Positions 37,442-52,240 of a stretch of DNA of 56,542 nucleotides are shown piece after piece. The stretch's first letter is position 1, and each line of letters begins with the position of its first letter. The notes under the pieces were generated by a model that worked only from the letters and a program-made list of their open reading frames with translations, did not search any database and was not told the DNA's origin. The stretch comes from Octopus bimaculoides (taxonomy: Eukaryota): positions 20,834,332 to 20,890,873 of the forward strand of contig NC_068992.1 of the NCBI RefSeq assembly GCF_001194135.2. The letters run 5' to 3'. Both the position numbers and the translations under genes were made by a program.

Positions 37442-38585
37442 ATAGCAACGTGCAGAAGCATGCATCCTTCATTACATGTGAGCCGTTAAACTAAAATGAA
37501 GTGGATTGGAAAAGAAAAAAAAAGCAATCAAGCTTTGGATTCTATCGAGGAAAGAAAGAAGTCCTTCCTAGCGAGATAAGGAAAATGTTATTTAGAGATT
37601 TATTATAACCCAAAGGAGAAAAAGGGAAATGTTGAAAAAAAAAAGAACACAAACTTTGAATCGAGAAGTACAATCCAATGATCTTATCGAAAAGAAAATA
37701 TAAAGATATGAGGAAAGGAAAAGATAGCCGATTTTTTGTAATGTGTATTGAAGACATAACGAGGGATTGATTTTAGCTGCGCAGGTACAGTCCCTAAATG
37801 TATACTGAATGAAGATAATGATCGATAAGCAGGACTTTTCACATACAACATAGAATGCGTGATAATATATAGAGTAGAGTGTAAAATACGTTTTATCTTA
37901 ATACAAACAGCTCAAAATGAGTGCAACATCGGCAGGCATATTAAAAATGCAGTAATAATTCAGTGGAAATTATTCAGGTTTGATTTGAAAGAATAGTATA
38001 AACAATTGTAGAAACGAAGATTAACGTTTTCGAAAACGTCGATGAAGTCGAATTTGCAGAGCAAGCCAGGAATGTTCGTTTCATATTAGATTCAAGAAAA
38101 AAAAACTAAAATAATATACTTGCGTATACTATATTTGTAACGTAGTTACTTGTCGCCAATTATTCTAGTATAGCCACTATTTATGACGATAATTGTTTAT
38201 ACTATAAACGTATAGTAGCAATATAATATATAACGAAGAAAGGTAACAACAGCGTAATAATCCCCGAACTATACAAGTACCAATAAACGATATTCCGACG
38301 AACTGCCACAACAGCACCTAACGACTTCTTGCGATTAACGCCTACTCTGTCTCTCACTAAGACCGTTATTATTTATAGACGTTCGGTTAAGTCTATTCTC
38401 CCAGAGATGTCGTGACCATCGCCACAACTATGAAATACTAAAATACTGGAATAAAGAGTTTAATATCGACTTGACCCTGTCACCCACCATTTCGCCTTCC
38501 AGGTCTGTATCGAAAAAATTCAGAGTAAACGTTGAAAATCAAGATCTTCATGTGAGGGTTGTTATCCAACAAAAAACCGTCTACC

Positions 38586-38616
<31 letters not shown>

Positions 38617-39966
38617 GTTGAAGGAGTCTTATAGACGGAAAGATAATAAAACTTTACATCCTAGACCCGCAGTTGAGGTAATATAAGAAACATGAATATA
38701 TACGATAACTACAACAACGTTGCATGATAGCAAATTATAATATCGATATCACGATAATTTACAACCAAGTACCAAAGCATATAATGGGCAGAAAGAGATT
38801 CTGTAAGACGTCTGACAGCAGGCTCTTTAACGTATTTGTAGGATTTGCACCTAAAATCTATGATGAACACAACGCTTCGGCTTGACAAATTAATACAAGT
38901 TAAACTACCTCAATATCAATACACATCTCGTTTCTAAACACCTCTATCGCATTATTTACCTTCGTATGGAAGCGCTTATGAATACCAATTCATAGCAACG
39001 TAGAACACTATAGCAACGTGATATACAATATACCGAAGATTCTGTATCAAACAGAAATCCTTTCCACTAGCTGTATACTTATATATACGTGTATGTGTAT
39101 GGATGTATGAGTGTGTGTATGTGGAAACGCATTGCAGATCCGTTTGTAATCGTAATATTGTACTGACTAGACTGCACCGCGTTATTAATTATTTATTTCT
39201 GTTAATAATTAATGATTTCCAGTGTTAATTATTTTCTTTATTAATAACATTCATTATTACATGTATAACACTATCACCCATTATAGTAAAATTTGAGATG
39301 GCAATATATGCAAACAAGTCTGCAATGAATGCGCATATTTGAATATTGAAATTGTAAGTTATGTTCACTAGAAACAATATATCTTCAATGCTTCATATCA
39401 GAGATGCAACTACCAAATTAATTATATTTTGACTTACAATGCGCAGCACGAATAAAATTTGTTAAGTTTTAACCTAACTATCAGAATACAAATTTCTCAT
39501 GAAGATACAAATGTTTATTAACAAACGAATGAGGACGAGTCGGCATCTATGTGGGAGCTGCTATGAATGTCAACTAAACCTATGTCGAATCCCTGAATTC
39601 CACGTTAAAAAAAAACAAATAAAAAACGGAACGAATTTGAAAAGGATACAGAATCTAATCAGTTGCTCAATTCTATAAGGCCTTGCAATGAACATACGCA
39701 GTGGTGGTGATATTTTACAAATAGCCCATTCAGTCTTTATAATGACAATTAGAAAACAAATGAGAATATATCAGGTTCTATACAGTTATATCAAGAGTAT
39801 ATTTGCTTTCAGCTACATAGACCGGTGTGTCAAAACAACTGTGTTTTAGAATATGTCTCTATCAAATGCATGTGATATTTTAGACAAGCAAGCACACATG
39901 AAACAGTGAATACAAATACATCTAGGCTATATAAATTCAGTATGAATATATATATATATATGTGCA

Positions 39967-40052
39967 CAGGAGTTGGACAAAATAATGGAAACACTTTAAA
40001 ACCGGAACCATGTGGTTGAAAAGCAATATTCTTACCACACAACCACACCTAC
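39967..40052. mobile_element. Tc1-like terminal inverted repeat fragment joined to a family C SINE head fragment (minus)
   Basis: CAGGAGTTGGACAAAATAATGGAAACAC (39967-39994) resembles recalled Tc1 TIRs. 40000-40052 matches 9813-9870. Confidence 0.45.
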
Positions 40053-40515
40053 GACTATATGTGTGTGTGTGGTGGGGTGTAGAATCATCATAACAAAAGT
40101 ATTATACAATATCATACAAAATAAAAAAAAATTTCCTTCCAACATAATAACAGATTTCGCTGTTGCTTTACAAATTTTCAGGTTTTGATGCTTTTTGAAT
40201 TAGATATTTTATTTGCTAGGCGGTGATAATTGGTAACCAATGTATTTCTCAGTAAAGGGGAGGTAAATCTGTAATTTTTACATTTGGCTGATATCCTTCA
40301 ATAGATGGAGTAAATATTTAATTTTCAATATGGATTTATATTTAATTCTGGTTTAGAGTTTTCGACAAATATGACCTCTTTATTTAGTTACACTTCTTTT
40401 GAGGTCAAAATAGTAATTTTATGTAATGGGAAGATTAAGAATTGTGTTTGCGGTTATATATTTATAGGTGTGTGTGCCTTTGTGTGTGTGTGTGTGTGTG
40501 TGTATGTGTGTGTGT

Positions 40516-41280
40516 AAATGGTCTCAGTTACGCAAAAATAAAATAGCATTGATATCTCATTTTAACAGAAATATTTACCAAAATACCAAAAAGTATTTTC
40601 CTATATTAAATAGTAAACCTTATTCAATAAAATCGCCATTCGCTTCGACAACGGACTCCAGACAACTTCGGAATCTCCTGCAACTCTTCTGGACATTCTC
40701 TTTTGTTTACGTTCGTGAATGCTGCCATAATCCTTGCCACCAGCTTATAGTTGGTGTTACAAGGAGTTTTATTGGCCTCTCGCTCAACTGCATACCACAC
40801 ATAATAATGTAGGGGGTTGCAGTCTAGGTGGTTAGGGGGTCAGATCTTAGCGGTGATGTGGTCGCAGAAGTTCTCTCACAGCCATAATTGGGTTCTCCTG
40901 CTTGTCAGGCATGGTGCAGATTCCTGTTGCCAGGCACACGGTCTTCTAGCAGCCACCCTCTTGACCCAGGATAGCACTGCTTCCTCCAGGGACTTGATGT
41001 AGGCCTTCGTGTTGAATTTGAAGCCGCGTTGGACAAGGAGGGAGACATAACGTCACCATCACTAGTGATCACTCCAAACATGCTGTTGACTGGATGTTTG
41101 ATTTTTATCACTCTCGGTACATGCACTGCCCTCAGATTGTCATCCAAACACCCTAAAATGCTAATATTGGAGATTCCGGCGTGAATGCCAAACAGTACAA
41201 GTCGTTTCCAACTCCCGGCAGAATGAAATGCGTCATGGCGCTGTTTTTCTCCAAAACGTAGGCCAGCTGACCCTGTTATA
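40516..41280 (-). mobile_element. Tc1/mariner DD37D (maT) transposase relic
   Basis: KIKHPVNSMFGVITSDGDVM then, after a frameshift, FNTKAYIKSLEEAVLSWVKRVAARRPCAWQQESAPCLTSRRTQLWL*ENFCDHITAKI*PPNHLDCNPLHYYVW...EANGDFIE*. There are 37 residues between the QQ(D>E) and NPL(D>H) positions. The N-terminal DNA-binding region is absent. Confidence 0.88.
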
Positions 41281-41654
41281 CTACGTAGTCGACAAATGAA
41301 AAGCGAACAATAGGCATACGCGAAATTAAAAGTATAAAACAGCGACAATTTAACCATCGCAAGCTGTATATATACATGAACATACTTGTACACATGTACG
41401 CTTGCATGATTGTAAGTATATGTATATGCTTGGGTGCGTTTTAGGCCTTTTATACCTATGCAACAATAATGCATTTGTGGCATAGAGATGCCATTTATCT
41501 AATCTTAGTAATGAATTTGATGTATTAGCATATCATAGCAACGCATTATCTCTGATTTGAAACATATATATATATATATATATATAACGTACACACACAC
41601 ACACACACACATGTATATGTATATGTATATATAGTGTATATGTATATACATATA

Positions 41655-41695
<41 letters not shown>

Positions 41696-42258
41696 TATAC
41701 ATATATATATGTTTGTTTGTTCAAGTCAGCATATGTATTACATTCCATTGTTTCCACACACAAACACGCACTTACAAACACAAACTTGCAAACTACACAC
41801 ACACATACATACATACATACATACATATGTATGTATGTTTTTATGTATTGACATTGTGACTTTGAAACATTATGTAGCTCATTGTTTCATCCGGAAAATA
41901 GCTGTAAATGTCACCCACAGGGAATTGTTTCTCTTTTTTAACAAATCTAATACGTTATTCAGGTTTTAATAGGAAATATCTTAGTCATTCCTAATGGCAT
42001 CGCAATTTACTTCACGGGAATTACTTTTCGTGCTTGATAATATATCTCCTCATGTTTTTCTAATTAATGCCCTTTGCATTTTACTAATGCTCCATGTAAT
42101 GAATGCGAGCAAATCTTTGTGTCCGTACTAACCTGACATTTAAAAACACCATCCGACATATTTTAATGCTAAGCAGACATTAGTCGGTATTAATCCCCAG
42201 AGTATTTCGCAGTCGGGCTAGAATCTAGTATAAATATATGAATATATACATGCATACA

Positions 42259-42297
<39 letters not shown>

Positions 42298-44247
42298 NNN
42301 NNNNNNNNNNNNNNNNNNNNNNNNNNNNNNNNNNNNNNNNNNNNNNNNNNNNNNNNNNNNNNNNNNNNNNNNNNNNNNNNNNNNNNNNNNNNNNNNNNNN
42401 NNNNNNNNNNNNNNNNNNNNNNNNNNNNNNNNNNNNNNNNNNNNNNNNNNNNNNNNNNNNNNNNNNNNNNNNNNNNNNNNNNNNNNNNNNNNNNNNNNNN
42501 NNNNNNNNNNNNNNNNNNNNNNNNNNNNNNNNNNNNNNNNNNNNNNNNNNNNNNNNNNNNNNNNNNNNNNNNNNNNNNNNNNNNNNNNNNNNNNNNNNNN
42601 NNNNNNNNNNNNNNNNNNNNNNNNNNNNNNNNNNNNNNNNNNNNNNNNNNNNNNNNNNNNNNNNNNNNNNNATATATATATATATATATATATATAAACG
42701 AAACCTTCCCTGTTTTTCTAGCTTGACAACAGAATAAACTTAGGAAATTGTCATTTATATTCTATTATGCCAAAGAAAACAAAACCATGCGTGTTTAAAC
42801 TAAACCACACTTCATTAAGAATTAAAAGAGTCTTATGAGTGGGCTTGTTGTGCTTGTATGTTCCTAAAAAAAAATGCCGTTCATTATTGTTTACTATGGC
42901 AATGCATAGATGTTCTTAACTTTAGGGAATACATTATTTTCGTACTCATATTTTTTCTGAAATTAAACATGAAATGATGTTGAACGGTGGGGGGAGACTA
43001 CATTGAAAATTACACACCGCTAACTTTATTTATATCTGTCTATTAATTTATGCATTTGCATGCATGTTTGCGTGTATACATATATATATAAATATAAATG
43101 TGAAGGTGTGTAAGCTTGTTTGCATACAAGGTGAATTTTGTGCTTATAACTTTACACACACACACAAAAACGAAAATATGTTCTTGAACCTAAAGCTCAA
43201 TGTTTTTAACCGTCTTTCTGTCTCTAATCCAGATATTGTCATAACTGATGTTGCCTGACTCACGCTTCATCATGGTAGTGTCTTGAATTTCTCTTTTGTT
43301 TTTTTTTCTTCTCTTTTTTCTTTTTCATCTGCATATCTACATAGAGAATCATCCACTTTACATACTGCCTGAAAATATTCATGGTTGTTGAATCTGGTAT
43401 AAGGAATTGCCAGATATGAAGCTTGTTACAAATATCCCGATGTGTTTGTTAAGTGTCTCGAAACCACATATTCTTAGTCATCATTCTAAATCCTAGGTAG
43501 CTAGAAGTCAGTCACATTTCGACTTTTAGGGCCACCTCTGGAAAAACATTTACAGGTGGCTTTCATCCTCATTAATAATCATAGTAATCAATTTATCTCT
43601 GCATTGAGAAACAGACAGATATATGCGACGATCTCGCACAACGTCATTATTGTCAAAGCCACAAAAATACAGCATTTTTTCCCATTTTGATAAGATCAAT
43701 CTTTTGTCTAAGGATGTAGACCACAACAAACAAAGAGAAAAGACATTAAATTCATTTTCAGCTGAATTATTTTTGTTGTTAGAAACAACAATCAAAATGA
43801 CCAACAATCATTTTACAAATCCTGATGGGTCGGCGTATGACTGTTAGTTGCATTCGGTGTCACTATAGAGAATCTTGCATTGAGAGCAATGGTGTTAGTT
43901 AGCCATTAATTCGTCTACACTAAAGATTGTTCTCGTTTGGAACGGTGGCGCCTACAAGATTTACATAGTAACAGGCATTACTAAATAATTTTCATTCAAC
44001 ATAATTTTCTGGAGTTAGTAGCGCTGATCTCGTAGCGCACCTAACACATGACTGTGTAAGCATGCAACATCAGGTCGGATGGTATCCAACCACACTGAAT
44101 TAAGTATTACAAAAGAAAAGGTGGAAATACATATGGGATGATATTATCTCAAGGGAAATACCGCATTAACTGCCCTAGCGACACTGTTATGCATTAAACA
44201 TGACGTATTGATCGCTATTTTAATCATTGATAACTATTTCATAACAC

Positions 44248-44466
44248 AAAGTAGCGAGTTGGCAGAATCGTTAGCACTTCGTACAAATACTTAGCGGGAT
44301 TTTGTGCATCTTTATCATCCTAGGTTCATATTCCCCCGAGGTCTACTTTGCCTTTTATCATTTCGAATTCAATAAAATAAGTAGAAGTTGAGAAAAGGGG
44401 TCGCTCTAATCAAGTCACCCCCCCACTTCCGAAAATTGCTCGCTCCGTGCTGAAATTTGAAGCCAT
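44248..44466 (+). mobile_element. SINE family A, diverged copy
   Basis: GCGAGTTGGCAGAATCGTTAGCAC...GGTTCATATTCCCCCGAGGTCTACTTTGCC...AAAATTGCT...GTGCTGAAATTTGAA. Confidence 0.8.
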
Positions 44467-46500
44467 TGATCATTCCATACTTAATTCCAATATTAATATA
44501 TTCTATTATCACTCGTATGATCAGTCGACTTTTTGCAGATCATACGATGCAGACAAGCTACACAAATGTAACCCGAGTTACACTGATATGAAATAAATGG
44601 AAATATTCAAAGAAAATTATATATCGTTCAAGTATAGAAGACTTCCATATCCTGGAGTCGTAATTCGTAAAATCAAGTCAAATAAATAAGTTGTATACTG
44701 TTTGACTCATTGAAAGCTTTTAGAATGTAAAAGCTTTAGAATATAAAAATAAGTTAGAACAATTCCATATATATGTGTGTGTGTTTATCTGTGTGCTTTG
44801 TATGTATTTTTGAGTGTGTATATCTTAATGTGTATTTGCGCGTACGTGTGTTTATGCGCGTGTTTGTCGTATTTATTATTAATTATCCTTTATCTTTTAG
44901 CCAGGAATTGTTCTATTAAAACAGAAAACAACGTTGACGTTACCTAAGGCGATCACTAATGATGTTCCATTTTCAGAACGTAGTTTATTTATCTGTCATT
45001 TTGTTACAATTTTCAAAATTTGTTTCGCTCTTACACAGATTTATTACATTATTCTTATGTTATTTCCTTTTTTATTATTTATGCTCCGTCTGCCATCATT
45101 TTCGTGTTGAAAAGCAAACGAGAATACTAACGAAGGCTTGGTTGCTGTAAGTTCCAAAACCGAAAATTTTATGAAACAGAAATATAGAAATGAAAGAAGC
45201 AATATACATGAAAATAAAAACCTGTAGTAATATATAATTTGCTCATAAACATTACTACATTGTTCGAATGGCTGGACAATTGAATATAAATTCAATAGAT
45301 GGACGCTTGTAAATGCTGCTAACATTTCCACCTAGAATCGCACTTAAGACTGGTAATTGTAGTTTGCAAATATATAGTATAATATATAGGATATCAAACC
45401 AATAAACGAGACTGTATTGCTTTGATGCTAGCTTTAGTGTTGATAAATTTACGCATGAGAAATGTTTTATTTTATTTTTTCTATTTAAGAAATATATATA
45501 ACTCGTCCATACGCAGTCGATGATCAAACTGGTAGTTTTTGATGCTACAGCATTTACTGATCATGACAGTGAATAGGCTCCACAAGAAATATTTGATATG
45601 CATAGAGCTATAAAATCGAAGGGGTTCTAATTTAGAGATATCAATGTCCAATTGGTGCCAGAATTGTCGTTATGTGAATAAGTATTCCGATATAGGCTTT
45701 ATATGGTAACTTAATTTAAGAGCTATTAACTATCAGTATATAATTTCAAAGGCTTGCAGAGCACTTGACAACTGAATTAATTTATCGCTATCAGATAGAC
45801 TCGACCGTTATCATGTTAGACAATTAATATCATTATAGCATTGATTTGACTGAATGTGTGGTGTTTCTACTACTAATAAAATAAAAATTGATGTCTTATG
45901 TATCTTATGTATCTTATATATTATAACATAATCGTCATTTTGGGAAAGTGTTTCATCTTAAAATATGTATAGTTGTATTAATTATGTAAATTGGAGTTGT
46001 TGTAAAACTAGTTATTTATCCAGCATATAGCATACACAATCTGGATTCAGCAAAAGACTGTCTAAATGGTTCTTCTACTTGAGAGAAATAGCAGACAAAT
46101 GCTTCCAACAAATTCCAACAAAATTATAAAAAAAAAAGGAGGAGCACACTGGAAAATATATGTGTGGATGTACAATACATAGGAAAAATGTGATACACCG
46201 AGCATGCATGGGGAACCAGTGATGAAATGGGGTAAAATAAGAACGACATTATGTTAGCTCGAAGAGATTGTAATAGGCTTACAAGTTCTACTGCTCTAAA
46301 TTTCAATTTATGTACCTGAATGACAAATTGATGCAGAATATATAAGTTTCACTGTACATTTGCAAACATACTATTTTTATTCTAATTAGGTGAGAACATA
46401 ACATAATTCACACTAATTTGGAATAGGTAAATCTTTATGTGTGTATGGGTGTGTTTGTGTTGTGTACGTGTATGTATGTACGCATGTGTATGTATATATT

Positions 46501-46685
46501 CTTTTATTCGTTTCAGTCATTTCACTGCGGCCATGCTGGAGCACCATCTTTAGCTGAGCAAATTGACCGCAAGACTTATTCTTTGTAAGCCTAGTACTTA
46601 TTCTATTGTCGAACCGCTAAGTTACGGAGACGTAAACACACCAGCATCGGTTGTCAAGCAATGCTCGACGGACAAACGCAGGCAC
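46501..46685 (-). mobile_element. Repeat family E copy (SINE-like; shares an AAGTACTAG...GGTC segment with family A)
   Basis: GTTTCAGTCATTTCACTGCGGCCATGCTGGAGCACC...GACTTATTCTTTGTAAGCCTAGTACTTATTC...CCAGCATCGGTTGTCAAGC. Shorter relatives at 21745, ~32460 and 46864-46970. Confidence 0.7.
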
Positions 46686-46803
46686 ACACATACACAAACG
46701 CACACACAAACACACACACACGCGCCCACACACACACACACACACGCACACATACACACACACACACACACACAATTGATTATAAATGTATGTATCTATG
46801 TAT

Positions 46804-46804
<1 letters not shown>

Positions 46805-46864
<60 letters not shown>
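46805..46864. repeat. (GATA)n tetranucleotide microsatellite
   Basis: Seen directly. Confidence 0.95.
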
Positions 46865-46865
<1 letters not shown>

Positions 46866-47691
46866 TCTTTTACTCTTTTTTGGGTTTCAGTCATTAAACA
46901 CACACTATGCTGGACACAGCCTTGAGGAATTTTAGTCGAATGAATCAACCCCAGTATTTCTTTATTTTTTGAAGACGTGCACATATTTTATCTCAAGTCG
47001 ACGGCAAGTGATTTTTATATCTGAAAATGCTTCTACGCGTTCGGCCAATGTTACAATTTTGCACTTCGTAACTTTGAGAATCTCAGGCCAATAACTCATG
47101 ACTTGACCTCTATGTACTCCTCACCTAACAGCTCTGGTCGATCTTGAAGAGGAAAGTGTATGAAAGGCGTATCCAGTTTTCATTGAATGATGCTCTATGG
47201 GAAAAGATCAAAACTGTTGTTGATATCATAACATCTTCTCAGATGAGTCGACTAACAACTTCTGTAGACAAAAGACAGTTTGAAATCATTTCTAAACAAG
47301 TTACGTAGACAAATTAAGTACAGCACCAACAATTTAATTGTGTATGTTTTATAATTTCACTGCAATATTTCGGTAGCGTGTTTGGTTATGACAATAAAAT
47401 GGTAATATGACGATAATACTTTGTTTCATTACCTTAAATTGATATTGTCGTATACCTGCAATAAACCGTGACACAGTTGAAAGCACCTTAAAATACGTAA
47501 TTCAAAATACCTTTGTATGTAGCGTATCAATAAGATTGAAATGTTCACTGCGTACTTACCTACCTGGGATGTTTCAGTGGACCAAACTTCACATTGGCAC
47601 ACTGGTTAATATTCAAAATACCAACAAAAATTTGACCTGCAGTAATACGTGATACAGAGTTTGTGTGTGTGTGTATGTAACATATGTACTG

Positions 47692-47745
<54 letters not shown>

Positions 47746-48654
47746 ACCTGGGTAAGTTTACCTGCACTATGGTTTCACGCCTGCTTTTCATACAACTAAC
47801 TCAGGAATTGAAATATTACTTAGCCGTTCATAATCACTTTCTAGTTTTATATTCAACGCATGTTCACCCTATAACAAAAATTTAATAATGTGTATATTTA
47901 TTGTTTCATCATAGCCAAAGTAAATGATAATGTTCTTCAAATTGAAACATCTAATAATTGTTCTAATTTGTCTATTTCCTAATTAATTTTAAAAACCTTC
48001 AGGCCACTCCTAATTATTTACTCATATATATTTTCAAATACTTTGTAAATAATAGTAGTAAATTCGACTGTCTTTTAGTTAATGTTCTTCATCAACGATT
48101 CATTACATATGTGTGTGTGTGTGTGCGTGTGAGTATATATATGCATATATATATATAAATATATATATATATACACGTCTTTAGATAGGTAGGTAGATAG
48201 ATAGATTGATACATATATACCTTTAATACATACATACATACTTATATATATACATACACAGAGGTCCAAGAACATTTTCTAACACAGTATAAATTTCTAA
48301 TCAACTATATTTTGTGGCTTCTGTCGAAATAGTTTAAGTTAGTACTTATAAGATTTTCTTTCATTTTATAAAAGATACTTCATAAAATATTTTGTTTAAA
48401 TTCCATTACATATATATATATATATATATATATANNNNNNNNNNNNNNNNNNNNNNNNNNNNNNNNNNNNNNNNNNNNNNNNNNNNNNNNNNNNNNNNNN
48501 NNNNNNNNNNNNNNNNNNNNNNNNNNNNNNNNNNNNNNNNNNNNNNNNNNNNNNNNNNNNNNNNNNNNNNNNNNNNNNNNNNNNNNNNNNNNNNNNNNNN
48601 NNNNNNNNNNNNNNNNNNNNNNNNNNNNNNNNNNNNNNNNNNNNNNNNNNNNNN

Positions 48655-48687
<33 letters not shown>

Positions 48688-48843
48688 TACATATATATTT
48701 GTCTGTGTGTGTGTGTGTGTGTGTATGTGTGTGTGTGTGTGTGATTGTGTGTTTGTGGATATCAGCGTGTATAAATCAGCTTCCTTCTAAGTCTCATTCT
48801 CTCTGTGTGTCTCTCTCTGTGTCTCTCTCTGTCTGTCTGTCTG

Positions 48844-48912
<69 letters not shown>

Positions 48913-49726
48913 ATCTATCTACCTATAGATCTCTCTGTACGTATGGTAATTGAAAATTGAACACCTTGCTACATTCAATATTCAGTTCGTAGAAAATCTA
49001 TTCTATTCTTTATACAATATTCAGGTAAATGTTGACATATATTCATTGCTGTGTTTTGTTATATTACTTGAAATCCATTGTCGTTATCATACTTTTATTT
49101 TACGAAGCCAATATAAAATATTTACACTTATTTAGGTGCCTGTGTCTATGAATGTATACATCTGTGTAGAGATTTTTATATCTATTTATCAATCTATCTA
49201 TCTATTTATACACACATGTATGTGTGTGTGTTGCGTGTTTATGTGGGCGCGCGTGTTGTGTGTTGGGGAGTGTGTGTGTGTGTGTGTATGTGACGTTACC
49301 AAATTCCCTTTTTGTGTGCATGAATAAAAATTTTTTAATTATTTGGAAAGCAGACTACAATTTTCACAATAGACACAATAATCTCTCTACAATCATGAAA
49401 CTATTTGAAATTATAAATGTATTTTTTAATTATGTTATGGGAAAAAATAAAATTTTGTTTACATGGAATCTGTCGGGCGTAACTGTTATAACAATAGGAC
49501 AATCAATAAAATTTGAAGTAAAATTGTTCTGATACGTAGTTTTGTCTCCAGTTATATATGGACGATATACAGTTTGCAAATATGCTCTCACAAATCATAT
49601 ACGTGTATACAGAATTATATATATATAGATAGATAGATAGATAGATATATATAAAGAGTGAGAGAGATGGATAGATAGTTATAATATATGCATAAATGTG
49701 TGTAAATTTATATATAAACACACATG

Positions 49727-49786
<60 letters not shown>

Positions 49787-50627
49787 CGTATACGTATATA
49801 TATAATAGGTATACATATATATAATGCACACACCTTCACACGCACATGTATATGTGTGTATGTATGTATGTATGTATGTAAATAAGTATGTATAGGTTAG
49901 AATTCCCGTGTCATCAAAAATGACACGAGTGTTTTATTAATGGCATATAATGACGCATACATTCAAAAGAATGGAAATAATCATTCATAAATTTCGTACA
50001 TAAGAACTGCATTTTTACTGAACAGAGAGATATTACAATAATTCGTAATTGTCATATTTTATGCATCCTTGAAAAAAATTGTCTTAATATACACTTAGGT
50101 GCCATTGTGACTGAAATACATAGAGATTAGTTTTAGAGGATGAAGATTACATTACTGTTGGCAATACCTTTCTTAGAACGTGTTTGAAGATGTTTCGATT
50201 CCTTCACATTCTCTCATTTTGCTTCTTCCTAACATAACTTGAATATATATATATATATATATTTCTTTAATCAAATTTTCCAGAAATACGTTTTGTGGAG
50301 TACATTAAGAATGTTGAAGTCTCAAACATAAGACAAAAAAAACTTTTTAAGTTTTTAAAAACTGTAGTTAAGGTAGCAAAATGAAGATTACAGGAATAGC
50401 TCAGCAAATATTTATGAAAAAATACTTGCAAATATTATCAAAATTTTGAAATCTACACCCTTGACAATATGTCTACAAAATAACGTAATCTTCAGAAAGT
50501 CGAGCAAGATGAAAATCTGTAATTATTCTGAAATTCATTTCTATGATTGAATGCGTAAGTATATGTAGACATATGCATGTATGTATGTATGTATGTATGT
50601 ATATATGCATGTATGTATGTGTGTGTG

Positions 50628-50691
<64 letters not shown>

Positions 50692-51689
50692 TGTATAATG
50701 TTTATACGTGTATAGTATGTTCACATAAATATGTTCACAAGGATTTGTAAGGTCAGTGTATGTGTTTATCGCTATGTATTTATTTCAATGTCATGTTTCG
50801 AATTACTAGCCAACTCACTTGTCTTATCTTCAGCTCCTAATAGTGGAAACTCTACCATCTACGTCTGCTACCACAAACACAACATTATCATCATAATAAA
50901 GCTCTTCATAATCATCTTTATCATTAATCACAGTTGACAATGCTAACATCATCGTCTGCATTGCTACCGTCTTTGCCACCATCTCTGTCAACAAAATTAC
51001 TTCCTTCGACATTGCTGTCATCACCGTTACCACATCCGCCATCATAAACGCAACTCCCTCTTGCACACCATTTCAAAAAAGAAGTTTATCACAAACATCG
51101 TCGCCATCGTCTCATCCCTTGTTCTGATACTTCTATAATTCTATGTATAATTATATATGACCCGCCGCAACAGTTGTTGTTGGCTAATCCCTTACGTGAC
51201 TACGCACGAATAAAACGTTTATTGTAAAACACAATGTTTTCAGCAAAGCATATTAAAACTCCGTCCTAACATTTTCAATTCCTTATTTTAAGTAGTTTAC
51301 CCATGTTCTTGTAAATAAAGGGATCAAGCACGTATCTGTACCTACGTATATATGCATATATATACATCGTGTTACATTTGACGATATTTTACGTCTTCTT
51401 TATTGAAGAACAGCTTGATATATCGGTAAACAGACAACAGCATTGGAGTACTTAAATATTAATGTTGGTGTTGATAAAAAGTTAGCTGACATGGAGGACT
51501 GGAAGCCATTGGATATATGTAAAGAATTACTTCTATTATGATGATTCTAGCCTTGTATCAAAATATCGACATCAATACTACTGTTCAATGCGTGGTGAAT
51601 TCTGAAAACGCTGCAATAATAAGATACGAAAATGTAATCAGCTGGAAAGAAAACGGCAGGCGTCATGACTGTGTCCGCACGCCGGTATT

Positions 51690-52030
51690 TTCTAACGATT
51701 AATGAACAAGACCTTAAGCCTAAATTCAGACGGCTATGAGAAGGTGCTTGAGACCGTAACCAAAGCCTGGCAGGAGAAGGTTACTGTTGGAAGGTCATCT
51801 GTGTGGCATTAGGATGTCGGCTCTTTGCCAGAACCCTGGATACAATAAGAAATGGTCGCAGAAATCCTAGCCCTAATATTTGGTCTCCTAATTTGCTCCA
51901 TTGTAATCCCATGAATTACTAAATGTAGTATTGAGAAAGACACCAACAACTCTGCCTGCAACACCAACGCCCTGCTGATAGCCAATATCAAGGAGGTGTC
52001 TGCAAATCTTCTCAGGGACACTGTGTGGCC
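51690..52030 (+). mobile_element. Second DD37D (maT)-like mariner relic, heavily decayed
   Basis: Frames give LNSDGYEKVLETVTKAWQEKVTVGRSSVWH*D, SPNIWSPNLLHCNPMNY and IEKDTNNSACNTNALLIANIKEV. These are collinear with the 40516-41280 relic but clearly divergent. Confidence 0.75.
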
Positions 52031-52035
52031 CAAGT

Positions 52036-52240
52036 GGAGGCGTGGAGATTATTAGTATGTTGGACACATGTTCGTAAGATTGTGGTTTCGATTCCTAGAT
52101 TGGGTTTTTAGTTGTGTTCTTGTGCAAAATACTTCGATTAACATCGTTCCAGTCCACTCATCTGTCAAAAATGTGTAATCCGGCGACAGATTATATACGC
52201 TATCATACCTCAGGTGAGGAAAATATACGTCATGATACCG
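52036..52240 (+). mobile_element. SINE family D, diverged copy
   Basis: GTGGTTTCGATTCC B-box-like motif, then TGTGTTCTTGTGCAAAATACTT...CCAGTCCACTCATCTGTCAAAAATG (CORE-like). Confidence 0.65.

Noticed and set aside
43240-43275. Minus-strand ATGATGA-A-GCGTGAGTCAGGC-AACATC hammerhead-like motif
   Set aside because: It lacks GAAA and C3; too degenerate to support.
50830-51120. His/Ile/Thr-rich open frames
   Set aside because: Decayed (CAT/CAC/CGT)n trinucleotide low-complexity sequence.
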